In this document: positions 24,201-31,598 of the stretch, one piece after another
Layout: every line of letters starts with the position of its first letter
Numbering within the stretch: the stretch's first letter is position 1
Source of the DNA: Flectonema sp. DT1601
Taxonomy: Eukaryota
Length of the DNA stretch: 64,000 nt
NCBI GenBank assembly: GCA_964019425.1
Contig: OZ025798.1
Span: 62,001 to 126,000, forward strand
Reading direction: 5' to 3'
Program-made: the position numbers and the translations under genes
Notes under the pieces: model-generated
Database searches by the model: none
What the model was told of the DNA's origin: nothing
What the model saw: the letters and a program-made list of their open reading frames with translations, nothing else

Positions 24201-27200
24201 ACTCCGCTAACATCTGGTCTGACCAGGTCGTGGTTCGGTATCAACACGCGGTACTCACCAGCTCTGTTTCTTACTAACAAGTACTCAGGTAGCCCTACAA
24301 GTAGCGGGGCTACTGTTTCTGGAGGTTCCGAACAGACATACCAAGAAGGCTCATCGAGTAGAAATAATTGCCACACCCCATCAACATCTTTCTGAGGTTG
24401 CAATTTCAATCGAATTCGTGGCAGTTCAACAACGCTGATTTTCGACCAGGACTCGTTTAACGTCGGAAGCAACCAAACCAAAACGTGTGAAAGATCTTCG
24501 ATGCTGCCAAGACGAGAAGCCAGTTGACGAGAGAACGCATCAGGACAAGTGTTGATGGGAAGTAATTTCATATCAAACTTGTGCTGAACAACATCAGTAC
24601 TTCCAGCGCCTTGAATGATAGAATTGATAATTTCAGAGTTAGACTCATCATTAAACCATTGACGAGCAATATCCGCATTTCCTCCAAACATCGTCAAAGC
24701 GTGGCGGGCAACATGTTCGTTGTATCCCTCGTCAATTAGTAACGGAAGGAATGCGAAAGTATCTTTTATTTCAGAACGTTGTGGAGACTGATGTCCGATT
24801 TCCTTTGTGATGTCATCAGCCTCATGATCAGTCATCACAACATCTGAAGGATCGACGTGTGTGGCGGATTGTTGTTGCATTTCTCTCTGCATTACTTCAC
24901 TGACTTCCGCAATGTTATTGTCATCCATCAACCATTGGGCTGCAGCGTCACATGAATTGTCGCATTTTGCTAACGCGTGCCTGATGGCTGCCTCTCCATG
25001 ACAGAGACCGATTTCCATCATTTGTTTAACATGTTCTTCAGACACCATTACTTCGTCAGCTGGTTTTAAATCCGACTCATTTCGGAAAAGCGCACCTTCT
25101 CCAGCTTGTTCTTTTATTAAAGAGTGAGGGAGATTCCATGCTCTTCTGTGAATAGAAGCAGTTCCACTCTCAGTGTCGATGTGTATTTCGAATGTCATGT
25201 TGAACCAGCTGCTGGTGTTATCGAGTGCCTCACCTCTGATGATGTCGTCCTCTCCGATCCACATGTTGAAGGCTTCCAAAAATGCCGATGGAACCAACCC
25301 CTGTAGAAACATCGGTGGGAGATACGTCTCAAGACCGTGGAGTTGTTTGGAATTTCTCGTAATTATTAAAGAAGGCCCCTGTACTCTTCTTTGTTTCATA
25401 TTTCCAGCAACGTGCCTAAGAATTTGTGATGAGAAGGCCTTGTCCGGACTTGGAGGTAAGTTGTGAAGACAGGTGCGAGCATTCGATGAGAATATCAAAC
25501 TTTTATAAAGACGACGGCCGTGAGTGCACAGCATCCAGACTTCCATCTTTTTAAGATCTTTGTAGATTTTTGCTTCTTTCCAGGTCAAACTTTCCTCCGT
25601 GACCCCATCGCATCCGAGTAGCGTTACTTCAGTGACTCCGTCCTCCGCATAAACATCGGGGAGGTAGAATTGGAATTTCAAAGGCTGACTTTTAGGATAC
25701 AGAGTTGTGATAATCTCTCTTACGATCTGAATTACCCAGTCCTCAGATGGGAACTCGTGAGGGTCTTCCGAATACGCGTCGATCGGTCTTGTGTAGTGAG
25801 TTCCGTTGTAAATAACGCCACGCTCTAAGTCGACGTATGGTTCTTCGTCATCTTTCCTTCTTTTTGTTTGCCACATTACTTGAGGAGCTGCTGAACGATC
25901 TTCTGCTGCCTGAAGTCTGCGTGCGACTTCTTCATCGGATTCTCCCATTCGTGGAATCTCGCGAGGAAATCCAGCGCCCAAGTTCGCGGGGTTTGGTTCA
26001 TCCCACTCCGCAAGATCGTATTCAGTTCCAACAATGTGTACCCAGTGCCTGTGTTTGTGTCGATTTATTACTCCGCAATGAAGTGGTTCTCTTCCAAAAA
26101 TTGTTTCAAAATCCGGGAACTGCGTCATGCTGTCTGGAACTGGTCGCAGAGCATCATTTCTCCAAAGTACTTCGTAACCCTGAATGTCGACATTCAGTTC
26201 CCCTCTTCTTGCAAGATACCTGTCAAGACCCATTGCCTCCCATCCTTGATATTTAAAACCAGGGTTTCGTAAGGCAGTTCGGACAACTTCATTCATCAGT
26301 TCGTCCCTCAGATCTGCTTCACGATCTTTGACGAAGTTTGCGAGTCTGTTTCTATGGTGCTGCAGCATTCTGAATAACTTTGTTTCCGGCATGTCCCAGG
26401 GAGGCAACTTTGCTTGTTGAGCATCCCCTTCGGTATCCGCGTTTGTTTTTAGAAGAGTTGGCACTCTAACTACTTCTCTGCCAACGTGTAAAAACAACGG
26501 TCTTGATCTACCAGTAGTAGAAACATACTTATCTAAGGCACCAGTTGATAAAGTTGAGGTGTCAATTCCTTGAGATTGTAAAAATCGAACTAATCGTTGC
26601 TCAGGTGACATCTCCTCCCCGTCAGCATCAGTTGAAAGGATGTCAGAACGAAGGCGTCCGAGACCAAAGCCATGCCAGTTTCGAACGTAAGCAGCCGAAC
26701 CCAACATCACTTTTACTCCTAATTGTGTTTCACTATGTTGAGCAACCATTGCTAAGAATGCGTGCATCACACTAGCTGTTGACATGTCATTCGCCTTCTC
26801 GGATTCCGCCATCCACCTCCCCAACATCATTGCCATACTACCAGATAAACAATTCGCCAGCTCTTCTTTAGCTTTTTCGAGTTCTTGTCTCGTTTGTGTT
26901 TCGCCCTCAGACAACATTCCCAAAGCGTACTCAGCGTATGCAAGTACGTCCAACAACAAGTTGACGAGGAAACACATAAAGTGAGCGTTTGCAGAGTAAA
27001 CCGAACAGGTGCTGAGATCTTCCATCGAGGATCGTGTTATTTTCAAAAGTGGCTGAAGTACGGCATGAGGGCTGTTACGAAGTTCGTTTAAAAGGAGTCC
27101 TCTGTTGGTTCCAAGAAGCTGTTCATCGAAATTCTTAAAAGTCGCATCCATGATGCCAGCAACAGAGGCTTCCTTTTTTTGAAGTGCCGTCTGTCGGAGT

Positions 27201-30200
27201 GGCACGTGAGGAATGTTTGGATAATCGCTTTCAGGCGACCAACAGCCAGGCTCAAACAACACACTTCGTAAGAGTTGTTGCATCCCCGGATTAAATAAAT
27301 AGGTGTGCCTGTCCATTGTTGCAAAGAAGTCTAACACTAACGGAATCGCAATGTAGCGAACTGTCAGGGAAGACATCAGTCGCTCGGATTCTTCCCTGCT
27401 GAGGGTGTCTCCGTAAGTTGGGAGACTGTTGTGATGCAGAACATCATCTTCCGTCACATTTTTCAATTGAAGAACTCGTTGCAGATCTGTTGGCGAATGT
27501 ACTACTGGCCCTTCTCCCCAACGTAACTCTCTTCCTCCAAAGCCGGTTATCGTTAAGTCCGCGATATCGAAATCGTGACCCCTGACTCCAGAAAGGTCCC
27601 AGTGAATTCCTGGCTGTCTCATCATCCAAAGTGAACCTCCTCTTCTACCGAGTGAGTCGTCGAAGGAAAGTCTCCAAAACTGATATGCAATTCCATCTTT
27701 CCTTCTCCTGATGAGTTCGCAATCTCTCGTTTCCATCGTTGCAGCAAATCTAAAGATAGCAGAAAAGTCCCTCGTCCATCCGAACTCGGGATGATTAGAA
27801 GATAGCTGCGTGTCGTTTTGAGTCAACCAATTAATAAGTGCTTCCATTTCACATGTTGGCTGATCCGCATCATCATCCGGCATGAGTGCAAGTCCAGCTC
27901 TTTCCATTACCTTTCTTAAAAACATGCAGGTGCTGCCGTATTTTCTAATCTCAACCTTTTGGAGCATCCGCCAGTCGAATATTTCAGTCTTTTGAGTTTC
28001 TTTCAGAGATCTGAAGTAGGCGACGACACAACTGAGAGATCTCGTGAACTGCGGGGATTCTAATTCGAGTGTTTGGGCGACGGTTTCGAAGGAGCGACCA
28101 TCCTGACAAAGTTTTGTTGAGATGAAGTACCCGCCGTCTTCTGACATGAGAGAGCTGATTAGAAGGGTGTCGGTATCTCCATGAAGCATTCTAATCACTC
28201 GGTCGTAAACAGCAAGTAGACCAGCGGATACTAAAAACCTTTCGCTATCACAACCTCGTGTTGGTCGTTCTACAGATTGCCAAACAGTTACGTAAAGAAC
28301 AACTAACTTATAAAGATTGTGAAGGCAGCTCTTCTGCGTCGAAACTCCTTTAGAAAACCCAGATGCCCAAGGGCAACTCGTGTCTCCGAAAGGTTTCGGC
28401 ATAGGAATCGTTTTCGTAATTAGTGCACCAATGGCAGCGATGACTTGATGATGAAGAACTATTCTACTGGTTGTTGAAGACTCTCTTGCTCTATTTACGA
28501 GCTTTTCACACACTTGTTGACATTTTCCTATTGCCTCGGCGCTCTCGTCCGCGGTAATTGTTTCCAACGGGATGCTCATCAAGTCGGTTACTTCCGGTGT
28601 GCCTAAGACTTCCTTTTCACCCTCCATACCTTTGGTATCTTTTATTCCAAAGTGTTTGAATCCCTGAAATTTCGATTCTGTCACTCCACTCTTCACATTT
28701 AATGTTCCCTGTGGGGATTCGTCTCCCTGTAGGGTGACGGGTGTAATCGCTAAATCAACTTCTGAGCTTCGGACAAGTCTTGGCGCGCTATCCGAAAGTC
28801 TTCCAGCATCAGCAGCACGGAGCATACAATCAGCAAGCGCGTGAATGCTATGAAGTCCTCCTTCGTGAAGTCTTCCCTTTTCGAATTCTTTCAGCGCTTT
28901 TCTCGATAATTGCTTTGTAGCAATATTTAACAGTCGAGCATCATCATCTCCAATTCGGGGACGTAGAATTGATTTGTCAGGCCAAGGGAAGTCGTCAGCG
29001 TGTTTCATCAGAGCACTGACACCGTCATCAGTAATCAGAGCTCCAGTGGCAGCGTCAAATAAAAGCAACGTTGGGATTGATGAAACCCCGAGAGCCTTTG
29101 CTACAGGATTTGCCGCGGCGTATGGCACAGCCGGCCACGGCATCGTTGAATGATATTCTTCAAACTCAGCCTTCGTTTTATCAGACGAAACAAATATCAC
29201 TTCACATCCTTTTCCTTTTAAAACACGTTCGTAGAGTCTCTTCAAGAAAGGAGTAAACTTCTTACACGGCCCACACCAAGACCCACTAACATAAACTGCA
29301 ATAACTGTACAGCCAGTTGCTAAGATGTCTTGAGTAGTGATTGTCGTCCCATCGTTAGAGACGAGTGGCGTTTGTTGTTTGCTCAGAGCGTCAGCAATTA
29401 TTCCAAGTTTTAACGGATTGTACACAGCACCATGTTTGTCAGTTAACTCAGCGATAAGTGGATGATCTGCTGGCAAAGACTTAATTAAGTCCGCCGCTGC
29501 AATTACGAGGAACTCCTTCCTGAGAGCCATTGAAAGTACTTTCAGAGAAGCTTCTTTAATTCCAGAAGTGCTCATCAAATAACGAACTGCCTCCCAAAGT
29601 GACTTCCAGTGGGCGCTGACTCTGCAGGGAGATCTCCACACGCTGTGGGGATCATTTTTGCTTTCTTCGAAAGCTTCAGAAAGAAGTCTTTTGTACAGAG
29701 GAGCAGCCTTTACTTGCTCCTGTTTTGGTGCTTTGGGAATATTTTTCATCGCATCGAGAAGGGATCCTCCAAGTCCACCAGGTGCAGTCACAGTACCAGA
29801 TGCAGTCACAGTACCAGCTGTAGCAGGTGTTTGGTTTCCCATCGCCGCTAATAGCGACGCACCGAGATTCAAAGTACCTGTTGGAGTACTTGTGGTTGAT
29901 ACAATAGACGTCTGGCCAACTGGTTGTGAGGGCAATGCAGCAAAATTCTTTAGAATATCGCTGAATTGCTTCCCAGCTTCACCGTCATCATCATCAGAAT
30001 GATCGATTGTTATCTCAGCCATCCACGGTAATAACATGTCGTAGATTACTTCTACTCTGCTGTACTCTGAAGGCGGATCCTTTGTAAATAACAAATATGT
30101 AAACAACCAAAAGCCCTGATCGGATATCCTTCGCAGTGGGATACGAGAGATCTTCAAACAAGTTTTGTATTTTATTTTATCAGGTTCGGCAATGGACGGA

Positions 30201-30667
30201 TGATACATCAGACCAGAACCACCATTGCAGACTATCATACTGAAAGATGTGTCATCATCACGTTGAATGATGTAAATAACAGTTCCCGTGTTGTTAAGAG
30301 AAACCCAACCTGCTGGAACAATCAACTTCTCACCAATGGCCAAAGAAGAAATATCTGAGGACACTTTTGAAACTAATGGGAGGACTTGCTCTGGCTTTTC
30401 CATTTCGGCCAACGCCTTGACAGACTCAAAACTTTTTTCCAGCATCTGAATCACGTCCGGAATCTTCTTCATCTCATCTTCCGTTACGGTGTCCCTGATT
30501 ATGTTTTTCGTGCTGTGGTTTTCTTCTTTTACTATCCTCTTGAGACCCTCCACACAACCAGATATAGAATTACCCACGTGACCACTTGCTAATGGAGTTC
30601 CACTAATGTAAGGGTCAGCCATCAGTCCGATAAACGGACTCTGCCTCCAAAAGGGTTTCGACGACAT
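18209..30667 (-). CDS. Giant 4152-aa DUF3638/DUF3645-type SF2-helicase-like protein with nucleoredoxin/tryparedoxin-like thioredoxin domain, UBA-like domains and two C-terminal RanBP2-type zinc fingers
   Basis: Single 12.4-kb ORF. Motifs: SGSWCGPC (Trx), QQMIMGQGKT (Walker A), LLLDEVD (Walker B), AVPFVGKDVPSRSSEFAHPDV (DUF3645-like), GFSGT, QGAYRMRG, WACRNCTYLN..C..C and WVC..CSFFN..C..C. Confidence 0.9.
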   Translation of the reverse strand: MSSKPFWRQSPFIGLMADPYISGTPLASGHVGNSISGCVEGLKRIVKEENHSTKNIIRDTVTEDEMKKIPDVIQMLEKSFESVKALAEMEKPEQVLPLVSKVSSDISSLAIGEKLIVPAGWVSLNNTGTVIYIIQRDDDTSFSMIVCNGGSGLMYHPSIAEPDKIKYKTCLKISRIPLRRISDQGFWLFTYLLFTKDPPSEYSRVEVIYDMLLPWMAEITIDHSDDDDGEAGKQFSDILKNFAALPSQPVGQTSIVSTTSTPTGTLNLGASLLAAMGNQTPATAGTVTASGTVTAPGGLGGSLLDAMKNIPKAPKQEQVKAAPLYKRLLSEAFEESKNDPHSVWRSPCRVSAHWKSLWEAVRYLMSTSGIKEASLKVLSMALRKEFLVIAAADLIKSLPADHPLIAELTDKHGAVYNPLKLGIIADALSKQQTPLVSNDGTTITTQDILATGCTVIAVYVSGSWCGPCKKFTPFLKRLYERVLKGKGCEVIFVSSDKTKAEFEEYHSTMPWPAVPYAAANPVAKALGVSSIPTLLLFDAATGALITDDGVSALMKHADDFPWPDKSILRPRIGDDDARLLNIATKQLSRKALKEFEKGRLHEGGLHSIHALADCMLRAADAGRLSDSAPRLVRSSEVDLAITPVTLQGDESPQGTLNVKSGVTESKFQGFKHFGIKDTKGMEGEKEVLGTPEVTDLMSIPLETITADESAEAIGKCQQVCEKLVNRARESSTTSRIVLHHQVIAAIGALITKTIPMPKPFGDTSCPWASGFSKGVSTQKSCLHNLYKLVVLYVTVWQSVERPTRGCDSERFLVSAGLLAVYDRVIRMLHGDTDTLLISSLMSEDGGYFISTKLCQDGRSFETVAQTLELESPQFTRSLSCVVAYFRSLKETQKTEIFDWRMLQKVEIRKYGSTCMFLRKVMERAGLALMPDDDADQPTCEMEALINWLTQNDTQLSSNHPEFGWTRDFSAIFRFAATMETRDCELIRRRKDGIAYQFWRLSFDDSLGRRGGSLWMMRQPGIHWDLSGVRGHDFDIADLTITGFGGRELRWGEGPVVHSPTDLQRVLQLKNVTEDDVLHHNSLPTYGDTLSREESERLMSSLTVRYIAIPLVLDFFATMDRHTYLFNPGMQQLLRSVLFEPGCWSPESDYPNIPHVPLRQTALQKKEASVAGIMDATFKNFDEQLLGTNRGLLLNELRNSPHAVLQPLLKITRSSMEDLSTCSVYSANAHFMCFLVNLLLDVLAYAEYALGMLSEGETQTRQELEKAKEELANCLSGSMAMMLGRWMAESEKANDMSTASVMHAFLAMVAQHSETQLGVKVMLGSAAYVRNWHGFGLGRLRSDILSTDADGEEMSPEQRLVRFLQSQGIDTSTLSTGALDKYVSTTGRSRPLFLHVGREVVRVPTLLKTNADTEGDAQQAKLPPWDMPETKLFRMLQHHRNRLANFVKDREADLRDELMNEVVRTALRNPGFKYQGWEAMGLDRYLARRGELNVDIQGYEVLWRNDALRPVPDSMTQFPDFETIFGREPLHCGVINRHKHRHWVHIVGTEYDLAEWDEPNPANLGAGFPREIPRMGESDEEVARRLQAAEDRSAAPQVMWQTKRRKDDEEPYVDLERGVIYNGTHYTRPIDAYSEDPHEFPSEDWVIQIVREIITTLYPKSQPLKFQFYLPDVYAEDGVTEVTLLGCDGVTEESLTWKEAKIYKDLKKMEVWMLCTHGRRLYKSLIFSSNARTCLHNLPPSPDKAFSSQILRHVAGNMKQRRVQGPSLIITRNSKQLHGLETYLPPMFLQGLVPSAFLEAFNMWIGEDDIIRGEALDNTSSWFNMTFEIHIDTESGTASIHRRAWNLPHSLIKEQAGEGALFRNESDLKPADEVMVSEEHVKQMMEIGLCHGEAAIRHALAKCDNSCDAAAQWLMDDNNIAEVSEVMQREMQQQSATHVDPSDVVMTDHEADDITKEIGHQSPQRSEIKDTFAFLPLLIDEGYNEHVARHALTMFGGNADIARQWFNDESNSEIINSIIQGAGSTDVVQHKFDMKLLPINTCPDAFSRQLASRLGSIEDLSHVLVWLLPTLNESWSKISVVELPRIRLKLQPQKDVDGVWQLFLLDEPSWYVCSEPPETVAPLLVGLPEYLLVRNRAGEYRVLIPNHDLVRPDVSGVAFPCRLVPLRTSLGWEEVMEQRLYSFPVHVSKSFLVSSGMGPTLYLLLVRLLQRNYNEAHRLADGVCTDVALRPDEQWIYDQMERSTKDRHPDATACRLQLSIAMVFSPVKPSWELADEVDWYLKLQSHVASTCTLTEQEVETILRRCEQGSPLIKNKMACLTSSGEVTLKPPPAMVPGQPWMKMLMASQTYIESNCTRIQRIQCTPPPSLDDKTLTEFLYSDRMLQDDVGGGGKGLGVVFLYQAVRGLIPMKISGNDISKTASELLTRWTHLKLARWGKEAVEDGEVEGTMCRQMVTLAHVLNKRNRQWPVLPADHETKTHMKFGIEIYKGEGRNSLVRAFIDQLDAEFLKSVTTVRSMGGLYDHLSTHLENLRKVPLSITQKIDAEVVRKLSQSRKQRPRVSDSARAASPVDAALKESLDYPLLQICNSFVNWKTQTDTYNNDIPFKVPDEALSTPVANEMIRRLKGDVGRFAGMMSNREIPILRGLSSDEIDSMIKGDAISGIQVLDNLISSLSQFQDADAKLVKAQISEVVAKSNAIPLPKGGRGNRTEDLTRRIRFALRRLTGEVASVDMPHLAALFISSRSIDDLREVNPYTEDTIPLVTPILILSNRISHANAAKTAAENLRSLLLKAMPRDATLARQTSTGSTGDFPRCGTSSSTAQTDVSQLELRIKHAARALAELLVQKRHYIHEGTFDPRFLLFEFMFNIRLRKRQVEMVNWFMGNLESGVSRVQQMIMGQGKTQVVSPLLVLLLSNGDRLVTQVMPSALLQQTRSVLQSCFTAPILPKKVFVLEFDRSVEDSPDAIVLLHNKLMTAAKDRGVVVAPPEAIKSLELKFIELLHSLESTPISEATSLEGTNVKRKEASRVRDRMISRSEMADKLTDILHLWRGGALLLDEVDVLLHPLRSELNFPIGNKHAIDLAGQRWDLPMFIIDAVFGAVNGTLCTQIDRFWENASSTAGISIADLLYQTTEVISRGCNQNALQTSPHLVLLDTSFYHMQLKPIFAKWSTIWLIRFVTSRISPALIAAFISGESQDAMAEASRASDKKLLILTREWMGALLPHVLSKINRVGFGLLQEADMVLVDPNTTTSRLLTAVPFVGKDVPSRSSEFAHPDVVIGLTTFAYRYEGLRKRDLRAVISQLKKEYSRQFGPRDRRPACVLYQNWLRIGAALNKSSAESVLPLPLFHISDTKQFTRLYAMVSRVPELIHYYLDHHVFPATMNFQKMKISACGHELGSSLLFGKRAGFSGTPSNLMPLDLGNCEYEPGSDGDIIHTLTSSLVTTAEIKSKWSAKSILEDIAKADPPYHALIDTGAYITNMDNNEVAAYLLKLLPEWYEGVVFLDKQDNKMVMSRTGRIVPFSQCGITEQRRFTFYDQIHTTGMDIKQAPTAKAVVTIGKDMTFRDYAQGAYRMRGIGKGQTVRLFIISEVQSRINTELATHASGRPELDVPAWLLLNSMRLENLQAVKLGEQELQNTWRKHALKALVGEVDANKTNLAMSRIRRFVGDGKQWIQKCVEEYREVISHDVSYEEGETHQHKMTKLLSDHEDFTITDDDKKRIGMIMASIQGAAAAYDSVDLGFESEVVHEQEAEQEQEQEAEQEEQRESAFSRDDEQHNPWECSALQSAGKITCEQHTTGETPFYPLCDFKATESQPPIPFPSSLLVTDNFFRPTWLGLGERRLKVAFIIMTWIPTNSTERVTAIVSLAEAETLRWMMHTKHSTTTSIPSIALSTVHGNVIAGDQHAFADESLMLCVRFFNGEMYYTDHQLTQLENVLRSTPLQDRRNFFFEAVRLRRRQRGAFLDTPVAKLFTPQSEWHLIRTRGQIEYISQGMKHASLKGFDIREVYQTHCEPDETITPEKLGRLIQIIVPGLSPGDIQNVVNTFDVEGTNLEKVFLTFSLPLDLQPTRQAEPAADDSAAQGGFWACRNCTYLNPPFMTTCEMCDFGWTGQRECPHDKWVCAPETGGCSFFNPKTLYYCEVCNRARPDLATVAF

Positions 30668-31598
30668 GTTTAGTTATTCCCCTTTTGTGTTGGTTTCTGT
30701 GATTAAATTAATCATTATTAAATATACGACCATTTGAAAGTGAATGATGAATCGTGTAAATAAAAAACTATGGGACCCAAATCCCTCAGAACTGAAGTGA
30801 GGTACGAACTGAACTTGAGACTTCCAAACAAGTGTTCAGATAGACAGTAAAGCTACAAAATAAATAAATTGAGCATTTCTCAGATGGTAAGAGATGCGAA
30901 ACAAACAGTGGGTGTTGTCAGCGCTCCTGTAGAGCGTGTCTTGAGAGCATAACCCGTGACACTATACCTGGCAAGTGAGACGATACAATGATCAGGTCCT
31001 TAGGACTGGTTGCTTGCCCAGAGTTTTACAGGTTGACAACAAAACAAAAGAATGATGTGGGAGGAGAGTAATAAATAAAAGATCTTTTCCATTCCACATG
31101 AAGTAATAATAACTACTTTAGTGACGTGCTGTACATTATTGACAGCGCTACCAGTTTCTGTTGTCTTCTTGGCAGTGAAAGGAAAAGGTACCAAAATGTC
31201 ATAATTTATGTTAGAAAACATAACTACGACACGACTTGGAAGGTTCAAAGAAGATATTTTATCATCAGCACCTCGTCTTCTGAAATTTACGATTTTATAT
31301 CATAAAAGGTTTCTTTAGGATAAAGGTTGAATCAAATTGGTTTGAGATTCACTCAGGTGGAACTCTAAGAGACGTATTAAAATTATTTTAATCAACAGAA
31401 AGGAAGATTGACATCTCTGATTATTTGAATTACATTCCAACTGAATGGGTTGCAAGGAGGAGGGCGTCTGTTGTCATCTTTTAGTTCCGATAATAAGAAA
31501 TAACAGACAGAAGGGATGCTACTAATCACTCCATCGAAATATTGTTCAGCCACTTTAGTTGACTAACGCTTTGTTTTCGGCATCTTCCTTCACTCATT

